The translations under genes were made by a program, and so were the position numbers. This document shows positions 36,912-48,861 of a DNA stretch of 64,000 nt, one piece after another. Each line of letters begins with the position of its first letter. Position 1 is the stretch's first letter. Below the pieces are notes generated by a model. That model was given only the letters and a program-made list of their open reading frames with translations, was not told where the DNA came from and did no database searches. Location: NCBI GenBank assembly GCA_032718475.1, contig JAUCBJ010003987.1, forward strand, positions 31,528 through 95,527, written 5' to 3'. Source of the DNA: Nemertoderma westbladi. Its lineage: Eukaryota > Animalia > Xenacoelomorpha.

Positions 36912-39265
36912 TTAAGTTTTTTTGCTTATGAATCACTCAAGTTAATACATGTAGTAACTACAAATCTATTTTATTAAACAAATACAGCACTCCCATATCT
37001 GTTTACATTCATTAACCAGGTGGAAATTATTAAGCTTTAACAAATGTATATGAATATATAAATTACTCTAGATACAAATTATATTCTACAATAAAAACTA
37101 CTACAAAGCCAGAGTATTACGCATATATGGTAAATTTTCATAATATATTCTTAACTTATATGTCTTAGAATAATTGTGCAATTTATTTCTTTGTTATTTC
37201 TTTTATTTTACTTTGCCCTCTTTGTACAACAGATGACCTTGACTAGCATTACGCTACTGCCAGCTGTTGTACGACAATCTATTTAGCATAAAGGTGCAGC
37301 GCAACCAAACATATGTATGTAGTAGGCCTACAAACGTAGTGTATAATTATAATATGAAAGCTCTGTTTTGGTGGTGGCTGCAGGTTTATGCCGTTATATG
37401 TATTGAATCTTATATTATAATAATAAATTGAATTGAATTGAATTGAATTGAGTTGTTCTGGTGGGTAGCGTTTCCATGGAAGACATGTAGGGAATTAACA
37501 TTGCATCAGTTAGTCGACCTCTGCCAATCATTATCTCACCATCTGCTAACTTTTGTCCCTTCCACGTTTTCTCCAGACTTCGCAGCCGCCTACCCATGCG
37601 CTTCTGAACATGACCAACCTCTCCATTTTTACTGCTTTACCGTATGGTTCTGATTCCGACATTCTCAGGAAGCTGCTGGAGTCACCATCACCTAGATATT
37701 TCGTATATCTAACACCATAGCATGACATGGATCTGGAACAAATGGCCCCTTTGACCTCCATACCACCACTAGATCTCTCAAAGTTCTTCAAAGATTTTGC
37801 ACTGTGTTCGAACTTCATTTTGTAATTTACAGGTTTCTTTTGTAATTGTGTACACATATGACAAAATTTAGTGAGGGTGGCAATATCTATAATCTTACTG
37901 GTATCAATATATGTACATGTGACAACTCCATTGAGAGATTTATGGCCTCTTCGCTGCCAAGTGCCATCGAAGCTTCAAGCCAGATCCGCTTTGACATGCG
38001 CATCTATGTTACACTCAATCGCTTCTGCAGCTGCAACCCGCATTGAGTTCTGTGAGATGCCTTCTAATATTGGTAATATAATATCATACACCTCGAATTA
38101 TTAGATGAGATAGTTTTGGAAGGTTCATCATTGCAGCCAACACTCTACCATGAGATGGAGCCGCACCTATACACAAGTCCATACACATATCGAAGGTTAA
38201 TTTCGTAGTGTTTTTTGTTGTCTAACTCGAAAGATTTCGAATTCCAAAATTCAGTTGATGTTTTGCAATCATTATAGATAATCTCAAATCTCAATGCTAG
38301 ACCAACTACTTCGGTACTAGAAGGTCGGTTTGGAGACTTTACTTCAATCTTTGAAGACTGGCATTGCTTACATACAAGATATTTTACAATTGCGTTTTGT
38401 ATCAACTTTAGGTCGAAAATAAAATGTTGACATTGTCCTGTGACTGGTGCCATGCGGGATTATGGCGATTTTAGCTTACGTTTTGAAGCACTTTGTCGTT
38501 TAGCAGTATCACCATGGAATTTACGCCGACCAAACTCCGTTTTGCTTGGCATTGCTAAAAATAAGGGAATATGAACTGACGACAGTATGACAGTGGACTA
38601 GTAACTGTCTGACTAAAGTATATGTAAGAAAAAGTGAAGGTACCTGAAATTGCATTAGGCCAAAAATATATCATCAATGATATACCTGTATACCATCAAA
38701 AACTTTATATACAGTTGGCCTGTGTCACACTGCATTTGTGGTATCACAGTATTTATTAGCCTATAGTTCAGTATTTGATAACAAACACTTTAGTTACAGC
38801 TGCAGTACTAATAATGTAGTATAAACACTGATTTGAAATTCCTGCCAAAATGTAATAACAGGTTATTTAAATTTGATAGTATGATTATTCAATTTTTCCC
38901 AGATTTATTACCATTTTTTTTGTTTGGCAGTGTCGGTTATATTTTGATGGACAGACTGACAGGCATACAGACAGAAACGATGAGGCCAAATTTTACCCAA
39001 CCACGAAATACCCTTATAGGAATTTTTTTTTGACAGATAGTTTACTTTTTATTGATGGACAGACATACTGATGGACAAACCGACAGTCAATCGGTCAGAC
39101 GTACTGCTCTACCTGTACCGTGGATGGCTGTCTGATACCAGCTGACTCGTACTACAGTAGTACTACATACAGACAAGACCCGGCATATGTAATCGCTACT
39201 ACTATTACGAAACTGCTTCGACCCGCAATATTTTATCAGGTTATCCTTCTCACCCTGCACCCACA

Positions 39266-40187
39266 ATGCCACCTAAGCCTGCTGCCGCTGCTGCCTTCAA
39301 CAAAAAACAAGACGATATACTAAACAATCTCGGTGAAATAAATAGCGCCATCGGCCACCTCACAAACAAAGTTGCCTCGCTAAAAAAACAGCTGAGTGTC
39401 GCTCAGGAAGCCGTTAACATTGTCAAAAGCTTAAAACAAGAAAACGTAGATCTTAAAAAAAGAAATTATTGAATTGAAGAAACATAACGACGCGCAGGAC
39501 CAGTACACTCGGCGGAATAATATTCTGCTTCACGGTGTACCGGAAGATGATTCCCGGAACATGATTTATCTTATCCAATCCCTGGGTGTTTCCCAGCGGG
39601 ATATCGATGTTTATCATCGCCTCGGGAAGGTACCAAAGGGATCCAATAAACCACGGCCAATGATATTTCGGTTTAAGGGACATTCTGCGCGCATAACATG
39701 CTTTAAAAATGCTTGTAAACTGCCCCAAGGTATGTACTTCAGCGAACATCTCACTAATTCTCGAACTCGTCTTCTGCGCAAGGCAAAGGATGAAAAGCGA
39801 AACGGTAACCTCCACACTGCTTACTCAATTAACGGAGTTGTGCGCGTACGACAAGCCCCAGATACCAAGCCAGTCATTATTTATACTGAAGAAGGCCTTG
39901 ACAACCTTTTAGCAGATGGAAACGTACCGTTAGACGGTTTTGCAACAGTAAAACCGAAGTCACGAAAAGGAAGTTCCTCAAAGTCGTTGAAACTTCCTCG
40001 ACTCCGAAGTTCAAATGCGAAAGAATATCACGGATCGCCTGAATTGAACCAATCGACAAACAGCTATGCTGCATTGGATGATGGTGTAGATGTCAAAGAG
40101 GAAATCGGTAGGTCTGTTACTCTCAACTCGTGGGGTGAGCAGGAGGAAAAAACTCCAGAGACAAGTGGTATAGAGGCGGATGATTGA
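39266..40187 (+). mobile_element. CR1-group LINE ORF1 (frameshift near 39460) with no ORF2 following
   Basis: Coiled coil, then DQYTRRNNILLHGVPE, HRLGK, PRPMIFRF and YFSEHLT. Confidence 0.85.
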
Positions 40188-40814
40188 ACTGAATCTTATT
40201 GCAGTATTGGGTTTGTAGACTTATATCTAACTACTGAACAATGTCTTCTACTAAAACTCTCGTTTTATAATTAACCCTTCTGATATTGCATACAACAATA
40301 ATTTCTGTTCATCCTCATTCATTTCGCCATAGTTCATCTCGAGTAGCGTAATGTCACATAAAACATATTAACACCCGTAGCTAATGAGTTAATTAATACT
40401 ACCTAATTGTATTAAAACGGGACTTATTTGTATGTAACTATGTATTGAAGTCAGTCTTATCAATTTACGTAATTAAAAGAAAGACATTAGGTTGTGGGAA
40501 ACATAACATAATATCATATCTTGGTTCTTGTTATTGGATCTGTATCATCATTATCATGTCACAACTTGCTCCACCTGTTTCACCTTCCTGTTGGACCCGG
40601 GGGTGAGGGGGGGGGGGGGGTGTAGTTTGGGCTTATAAACAGATGGTGTTGCATAGATCTGATCATCTTCATAATCATATCATCCATAGGCTTCACATTT
40701 TAGGGCGACCGCCACTCAACTCGCATTGCAACAAGGCGGCGTCCTACTTCATCAACATAACTTTGTCAGTTTTTAATTCACATTAAATAAAATGTGCAAT
40801 TATAAGTATATATA

Positions 40815-43177
40815 TTAGGGTGGAGTGAAAAAAATTTTTTTCTTTATTTTTAAGGGAAGCACTATTTTTCTGATGCCAAATCGGTCTAAACTAACTTTGC
40901 AAAAAAAAATTTTTGATTTCGAAAAATTCTAAGCGGGCCTCACGACACTTGAAAATTTCAAATTTTTGAGAAGGCAATGCCAGTTTTGAAAATCCCAGAT
41001 ATTTTGTATTTTTGATAAAAGTTAAGGAAGATGCAAATATTTAATGTCAAATAGGTTGGAAACAAACACAAAATGTGAAATTGTGATTTTCATATAAATC
41101 TACCCCAGCCTCATGGCCTTTAAAATTTTGCAAAATTTGCCAAATTTCACCCTTAAAATACAGCAAACCTACTTCGTAGTCTCTATAGTTGAAATCGATT
41201 TACTGTGGTTTGGAGTTCTTCCTGAGTGAAAACCAAGTCCCCTGATTTGATTACAACTATATTTCAATACTAGAAACCCAGCTTGCTGGCTGTGAATTTA
41301 CCTTTGGATCAAATTCCCAATAAGTATATTATAAACAACAGTAGGTATAGGAAGAAGGATAATTCTAAATTAGGAAAACACTAGTAAAACAGTAAAGCAC
41401 TAGAAAAACAAATGAAAAACACTGTAATGCACCCGGAAAAAGTAAAAATATTGATCAACAGGAAATTTAATACATGTATTACACTGAATTGGTAATCTTA
41501 AATGTACTCCTCGCATAGCACACCATTAAGTAATTTACGTAAAACATAGGGACAACTATAAACTGTCCAGAAAACAGTGAAAAAATGATTGGCATTAAAT
41601 AGCATTAAATTTTACCTAATATGCTGCTAAAAAATAAGTTGAAAGTGTCTAATACTACACAGAAACCATTGTTGCCCGGCAACCAAGGAACAGTAACCAA
41701 TCAGCATGCATTTCAACAGTTTTACTGGTCAGTCGGTAGAGGCACATTAATGGTGTATTCTGGTATTAGTGTATTCCAGTATTCAAGTATTGTTAGTGTT
41801 GGATCTTGTCATCTGCTAAATGTTGAACAGTTAAAGTGCAGATGTTGCGGTATTTAATATTAAGACAGCAAGAGGGCCACAGTTAGGTCCTACGTACAGA
41901 GATACTGCAGTGAAGTGGCATACCAGTGTGGCTAGAAGCGCGGATGCAAGATCTAGAACACATCACACATGATTTTCTAGTCAGTTCGGTTTTCTGGTAT
42001 GACTGGTATCCTTTATAATAAATACCACAACTTCTGCACTTCAACTGCCAACATTTAGCAGATGAATTGATCTAACACTAACAATACTGGAATACACTAT
42101 GTAATACCAGAATACAGCAACACTGGTACTACTGGCTGACCAGTAAAACAAGGATAGTGCTGAACTGCATGCTGATTGATTTCTTCTTTCACCTAGTATT
42201 ATTAGCAGCATATCAAGCAAACAGTTGAGGCGACCCGAAGGCTCCTCTTTCGATAGATGCTACCGAGGGTAGGGGTGGGCGCTACTATTATCCCAAGATT
42301 TGCTCCCAGTTATTTAACTGGTACTCAATTTATCGACCCCAGTGGATGAAAGGCGGCTGAGTGGACCCTGGTGGGGCTGAACCTACAACCAATCGATTGC
42401 AGGCCTGGCGCTCAGCCAATTGAGCTACCCCGCTTTCTAGCGAAATATAGGTAAAATTTCACTGTTGTCCAGAGGGTTTATAGTGTTTTCCCTATGTTTT
42501 ACGGAGATTACTTAACGTGTGCTATGCGAGGAGTACATTTAAGATTACCAATTCAGTGTAATCGATGTATTAAATTTCCTGTTGATCAATAATTGTAATG
42601 TTTTCCGGGTGCTTTACAGTGTTTTTCATATGTTTTTCTAGTGTTTTACTAGTGTTTTCCTAATTTAGAATTATCCTTCTTCCTAGACCTAGGCCTACTG
42701 TTGTTTATAATATACTTATTGGGAATTTGATCCAAAGGCAAATTCACAGCCAGCTAGCTGGGTTTCTAGTATTGAAATATAGTTGTGATCAAATCAGGGG
42801 ACTTGGTTTTCACTCAGGAAGAACTCCAAATCACAGTAAATCGATTTCAACTATACAGACTACGAAGTAGGTTTGCTGTATTTTTAGGGCTAAATTTGGC
42901 AAATTTTGCAAAATTTTAAACGCCATGAGGCTGGGGTAGATTTATATGAAAATCACAATTTCACATTTTGTGTTTGTTTCCAACCTATTTGACATTAAAT
43001 ATTTGCATCTTCCTTAACTTTTATCAAAAATACAAAATATCTAAGAATTTCAAAACTGGCATTGCCTTCCCAAAAATTTGAAATTTTCAAGTGTCGTGAG
43101 GCCCGCTTAGAATTTTTCAAAATCAAAATCATGCTTCCCTTAAAAATAAAGAAAAACTTTTTTTCACTCCACCCTAA
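40815..43177. mobile_element. 2.36-kb foldback (long inverted repeat) element in a TA run
   Basis: TTAGGGTGGAGTGAAAAAA / TTTTTTCACTCCACCCTAA. Arms about 40815-41860 and about 42010-43177 are reverse complements. No coding capacity seen. Confidence 0.92.
42217..42432 (-). mobile_element. tRNA-derived SINE inserted in the right arm of the foldback
   Basis: A box TAGCTCAATTGG and B-like box GGTTCAGCCCC. Central CTCAGCC..TTTCATCC..GGGGTCGATAAA..GAGTACCAG resembles, from memory, the MetaSINE core. Absent from the left arm. Confidence 0.8.
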
Positions 43178-43550
43178 TATATATACTGTAACAATGCTTG
43201 AAGTAAATAAAACAAATAAATGAAATGAAATGAAATGAGACATCCACATCGAGAAGTAAGACAGATCTTGCTAAACGGTTTTCAAATTTTGAATCATCTT
43301 CATAAAAATCTGCTCTAAATGAAACAGAAAAAAAAAAAAAAAATAAATTTGGATGCCTGCACTGCTTCCCTTATACCTAATGGCAGAAATTGAGTTGATG
43401 CCAATAAAAATCACATTTATAGAGTGTAAGTTGAAGCTTTTAATACCTTCCAATACCCAAACAGGCCCAAACGAAGATAGTTTACATCCTTATCACAAAA
43501 AAATAGAGGAACAACACAATTAATGGGTGAATGAGTGGCTTCATATTATT

Positions 43551-44236
43551 ACAGCTTTTGCAAAGTCGGCAATGATGTCCAGATGGGATCGAACTGGTGA
43601 CCTCCGGGTTGGAAGTCTGACGCTCTAACCATTCAGCTAGCGGCTCAGGTAAAAGATAGACCTGGAAATACTATCGGATACCTTGAATGTCCTAATTTAC
43701 CTCCTCATAGCCTCCCTCGTTCATTTAATATACACTGCCCTTTCGTTATAGCGAGTGGTTAAAGACGGCCAAGTATGGTACAGTTGAGCACACTGACAGC
43801 ATATGATGGTATTGACAGATGGGAGGTGATGTAGAGGTAAATTACGGACATTCAAGGTATCAGATAGTATTTCCAGGTTTATCTTTTACCTGAGCCGCTA
43901 GCTGAATGGTTAGACGGTCAGACTTCCAACCCGGAGGTCACCAGTTCGATCCCACCTGGACGTCATTGCCGACTTTGCAAAAGCAAAAAAAAAAGCAAAC
44001 AGTCGGCCGAAGCTGGAGGCGTCAAGAAGGCTCCTCTTTCGATAGCTACTACCCGAGGGTAGGGGTGGGCGCTACTCCTATCCCAAGATTTGCTCCCAGT
44101 TATTTAACTGGTACTCATTTTATCGACCCCAGTGGATGAAAGGCTGAGTGGACCCTGGGCGGGGCTAAACCTATAACCATAGATTGCAGGCCCGGTACTC
44201 AACTAAATGTGCCACCCCGCGTTTTGCAAAAGCTGT
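43551..44236. mobile_element. Palindromic element with a tRNA-like head in each arm
   Basis: Arms 43551 to about 43705 and about 43833-43984 are reverse complements. Each has TAGCTGAATGG, a CTTCCAA loop and AGTTCGATCCC. Confidence 0.8.
43985..44222 (-). mobile_element. tRNA-derived SINE, second copy
   Basis: Similar to 42217-42432. 11-bp TSD TTTGCAAAAGC at 43974 and 44223. Confidence 0.85.
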
Positions 44237-46189
44237 GCACAACAAAAATTATAATAATTAACTGAGAAGCATACATATCATTCAACGGGTACACTTCAAT
44301 AGGTGGTCAAAGCCATATAGGCTTGGACCACCTAAGCGTAACAGTGGAGGTATGGATCAGTTTGAGAGCCAGCAAAAAAAATGAATAAGCTAGCGAATCC
44401 TTTGTTTGGTTGGCTGCTGGGCCCTGTTGCTACCGTGACCTTTCTAGGTTGCAGTACCCTTTATTGTAGGGTGATAATTACTACCGTTATATGGCCGATG
44501 GCTAATAAGGTGATATATTGGTTTTTGGGTTAACGAAGTGCATCATAATAATCCCGTAACACAAATTGTGTGGAAACCTTTACTAAACTTGCTATGCTCA
44601 GTTAATAAAATATTACGACTATAGTGAAAATAAAATTCTACATTATTTACCATGCAATAAATAAGTACAATATTACTCCCCAGTCTGATTTAGGTTTATT
44701 ATTTAATAATAGTCTTACAATAAATTCATCATATTTCAGTTGATATCTTCACCCTATCTGGGAATAAGGAACTTAGGTTTAGCATATAATCAGTGTCTTG
44801 TAAACAGTCTCTACAGTGTCTCGTAAACCTCGTACCCTGTGCCTTTACTAATCTATATAATCCAGTCGCACGATTTAACTTTCATTTATTGTTTTGGTTC
44901 AATGTCACTGTCACTGTAACCTGCTCCTTAACTAACCTGCATAATGTATTAATGTGTTGTAACACCTGTCATTAAAAGGAGATTCCTTTTGTAGATTACC
45001 TTAGGAGATTAACTTAGTAGTTAATGCGGAATTTCATTCTTGAATGAATTTCTACAACAAATCCTTGCTCTTATTTGATATTGGTCACTTGCACTTATTG
45101 GTTTATTGGTGTATATGTTGTCCGCAACATATTGGTAAGATAGTACAGTAGACTAGTTGATATCAAAACATTATACATTGCACGACAAACAAGCATTATT
45201 GTGTTCATGACACTTCCTCTGGTTTCCATACATATCGCTCGACTGGAATATCAAACATCAGGTTCCCTGTCCGAATCAAGAGGTCTACTGTAGTGAGAAG
45301 AAGGGAGGTAGATATTCAACTAGAGGAACACTCAGAAGTTTTGACTCGCCCCACAAACTGAGTTAACCTCTCACAGTGATGTTTTTCTTCACTAATTAGA
45401 ACGACATACCAGTTGGAGATTCTGATAGTAAATTTTTTCTTCATACTTGGATTTACATGCAGACCAGCCATACCGAGTAGTGTACTTCCGAATACTCTAG
45501 TCAGATTGTAGATTAGTTCGGTACACAACAGGAAGACAATAACAGTCAGTTTGGAAAGTCCAAATTTAATTAAATTATTGATTTTGAAGGAAGAAATCGC
45601 AATTTTTTTCGAGGCATAAATATACTTTATTTTGAAATTTTCTTATTTTCTTTAAAAGATCGAATTTTGAATTAACATAATTTTTACATATAATAATAGT
45701 ATTAATTGAGTAATAGATAAACAACCTTTCAGATTAATAGTATTTGAAATGTTGGTTATGTACATTTTTGTAACAAAGTTATTGCAAATTAAGAGTTTAT
45801 GAAGCACCAATGTTAATAATAATAGTTACCATATTCTATCCACAATTGTGAAATTACAGAAGATGTCACAGAACAAAAGATTACAATTGAATTAATATGT
45901 CAATAAAACTACTGTAGACAAAGATATAGTGTAATATATACATACACATACATACATGGTATAAATATACACTTACTAATCAACATACTAAATTCATTAA
46001 TAATTCCAATGTATTTTCTGATAATTAATACTAATTTTTAAGCAGAATATATTTCTAGATTGTTGATTGGATAAATACTTTTCTATACACATTTATGATT
46101 GATTGAGATTGGATATTTTATTTTTGTCTGTATTTTCATGAAATTAAAGACCTTGCTGACCCCACTTCTGCGGACAAAATGGAATGTAG

Positions 46190-47419
46190 TTATTTACTAA
46201 TTTTCATTTCAATTTTATCAGCAGGATCTGTGAAAGTGAACTCCTGCCACCAAGGCCCTTTATTACCAGCCCACTGGCCATAAATCCCGTTGACATTAGC
46301 GTGCGAACAACTCTTATACCACCAGGCACCGCCGAAATGAATAGCACAGTTAGAACCATATTCATCGTTATCTCGATCCTTGGTGGTGAACGGCTGACCA
46401 TCTATCCAATTATCACCAGTGGGGTCACCAGGTAGCAGAGCATCTCCAGCTGTCCCTCGGTATCCAGAGATTCCTATAGTATAATTTGTGTTTTCAGAAC
46501 CAACTCGGAAGGAGGAATATTCCGCAAATCCATATTTCCCATTATACCAGATATCCACTCTCAGTTTAACTCCTCCAGCAGTAAGATTGTGTATGGTATC
46601 CAACCCTAACCAAAATTCGTTGCTAACATCACCGAATCCAGACTTATAATTCGCCCAATCCCGGAAGAATTCAACAGCTCCATTAATTCTCCTTTGAATC
46701 ACCAACCAAGGGCCACCTGGGAACGTTGTGTCACATCTGATTAACCCATTTAGACCTTGTTGACTATTGTAGATACTAACTGAGTTATTCAGTTGATAAT
46801 TGTGGCAAAGGTGATTTGGAAGCAGATATCCTAAAGAAATCAGTATCGAATTCTTTTGCTGAAAAACTTTTTCAGTAATTATGATACTTTGGTTATTTAG
46901 CTGACCAGAAAACATCTCAACTTTCTCACCAACGCTTTTATTTAATTCCTTATTTTGTTCATTTAGAATATCAGAGAATAATTTACTTTGCTCACCAATG
47001 GTACCATTGAATATTGCAGTTTTTTCTTTAAGTTTATCAGAATGTATTTCCATTTCCCCATTTAACTGTGCCTTTAACTCTTTTGTTTTATCATTTAGTT
47101 CAGCTAAATAATTCTTTATATCTTTATTTATATCACTTTCCAAACTGTTCACTTCTATATTACTTTGATAATTACCAGATACCATAGCAATGGCGACTTC
47201 ACCGACTAAAACAATTAGTAAACCAATAAATATAACAGCAATTAGCGCCCACAAACACTTGTAATTATTCAGTTTATCTCTTAAAAATGATGTAGTATTC
47301 CCAGCAGCATATTGATTGTCAGGAATCACTCTGTATAGAGGCTTACTATAATCTGAAGTATCTTCTTGAAAGTCAATGACACAGCTCTCAGCTTTTATTT
47401 GACTCTTGGTAGTTTCCAT
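46190..47419 (-). CDS. FReD-3: type II membrane fibrinogen-related-domain protein (class B), 409 aa
   Basis: Uninterrupted ORF and close paralogue of FReD-2 in tail, TM (LVGEVAIA) and stalk. Complete FReD. Confidence 0.93.
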   Translation of the reverse strand: METTKSQIKAESCVIDFQEDTSDYSKPLYRVIPDNQYAAGNTTSFLRDKLNNYKCLWALIAVIFIGLLIVLVGEVAIAMVSGNYQSNIEVNSLESDINKDIKNYLAELNDKTKELKAQLNGEMEIHSDKLKEKTAIFNGTIGEQSKLFSDILNEQNKELNKSVGEKVEMFSGQLNNQSIIITEKVFQQKNSILISLGYLLPNHLCHNYQLNNSVSIYNSQQGLNGLIRCDTTFPGGPWLVIQRRINGAVEFFRDWANYKSGFGDVSNEFWLGLDTIHNLTAGGVKLRVDIWYNGKYGFAEYSSFRVGSENTNYTIGISGYRGTAGDALLPGDPTGDNWIDGQPFTTKDRDNDEYGSNCAIHFGGAWWYKSCSHANVNGIYGQWAGNKGPWWQEFTFTDPADKIEMKISK

Positions 47420-48029
47420 GGCATAATATTGCTAAACTTTAAACAATGTATGTTCTCTAATTAAACTAAACATTAAACCTAATGATGATGAATGCATCAC
47501 ACAAATTACAGAATGATGTAACTCATTCACTGGGACATTTCTACAATATAATATATTAACTATTCATCGTCCAGTAAATATAATATGCATTATTTATCAC
47601 CTGTCTTGAGATATCTCTCTCATTCGTGTGATCATCAAGCAAATTCAATAAGGATCTACGGAATTGAAGGTAATATATATTCATTACACGTATTTGGGGA
47701 CTTCGTGCAGCACGTAAGTCCAGATGAGCCTTTGCATAGAGGTACAATTAGTGGACCTAGTGGCAAACAGAGGAACTGTAAAAGTCTGTCTGTGGGAAGA
47801 ATTTTTTATCAGCAATACCCGTAGTTTACTCCTACCAAGTTTCTGATGGTTGGTTCTATAATTTCAGCTACTTTTACGTTTCTGACAATTCGCCCCCTAG
47901 CGACAGACAGATGAACTACAGAAGTTTGTATCTCTGTAGAATTTGTAAACTTTTGAGAGACTACATGTATACCAAGTTTGGTACAATTTCATCAAAGATT
48001 GATCGATTTATTAGCATTCAAACATTTCT

Positions 48030-48125
48030 GACAATGACGACGACAACAATGACAACAACAACGATGACAAGAACGATGACAACAACGACGACAACAACGA
48101 TGACAACAACGACGACAACAACGGA
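48030..48125 (+). repeat. (ACR/ATG)n trinucleotide microsatellite
   Basis: ACAACGATGACA-type repeats. Confidence 0.85.
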
Positions 48126-48861
48126 TAGGTCAACTAATTATACCACTATGTTAAGGCTCACCTGGACTTACGTGGATCACCCCACATGAAAACTATTGGG
48201 AATTTTTCTTAATTACGAGGAGATATATAATTTTCCGAATGCACTACCACTCTATCAGGTATCCATCAAACAAGTGAAACACAGTCTTAACAACAGAGGC
48301 TCAGCAGCTCTGATCTGAGTACAATCGTTCAAAACTACCTGTATCCAAATGGTGGCTACAATAAAAAAAACCAAAGTATCAAAATTACATCGTAATGCCA
48401 TGGAAATAGCAACTCAAGCAACTACTCGCTGTGAATTTAATTTAATGAACATCAGATAGAAGATCAGTATAACGTAGGCAGTAGGCCGCCAGCAAGGGGC
48501 TATGGGGGGTTACCGGGTTCTGAGAAACAGTAGACCCAGGGTTGGAGTCTGAAACGGCAGAATATGTAGCGGCATAGGCTAGTCTGCTATGCATCACTAC
48601 TACTGGTACCAGCACATTTATCTGGTTATGCAGATAGGCCTGTTGGTGTATGTAGGGGGCAAGGGCAACAGACCTCAGTTACTGGGTTACAAACTAGGTT
48701 ACATGGGATACATACAGGAACAACCAGAAAGCATCTGAAAGCAGCCTATTTGATGAATTTTGGACTTAGTTGATGAATGATATAACCAAAATTGGAATGG
48801 AACAAACCCATTTACAATAACAACAACAAGACCACAATTAAGGGGGTGGTACTATTGGCTT

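Larger units (their letters stand above)
31727..37451 (+). mobile_element. Full-length CR1-group (CR1/Crack/Daphne-like) LINE, about 5.7 kb
   Basis: ORF1, then PHD-APE-RT ORF2, 3' UTR, AATAAA and an (ATTGA)n tail. The flanks rejoin into transposase codons ..QNNSVVNMRKAIW. Confidence 0.92.
30071..38552 (-). pseudogene. Decayed Mutator-like (possibly Kolobok-related) transposase, split into three pieces by insertions
   Basis: Pieces 38552-37452, 31726-31410 and 30322-30071 give DGTWQRRGH, SSGGME, RYTKYLGDGDSS, GRGRLT, MRKAIWATFYH, KCLHGQTPNVN*SFN, ITFNDG and YGTGQF*. Element ends were not resolved. Confidence 0.85.

Noticed and set aside
43892-43965. Functional tRNA-Gly gene
   Set aside because: The acceptor and anticodon stems pair poorly, and it is duplicated within a palindrome.
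47911-48189. Thr-rich mucin-like ORF
   Set aside because: It is the translation of an ACR microsatellite within repeat-like sequence.
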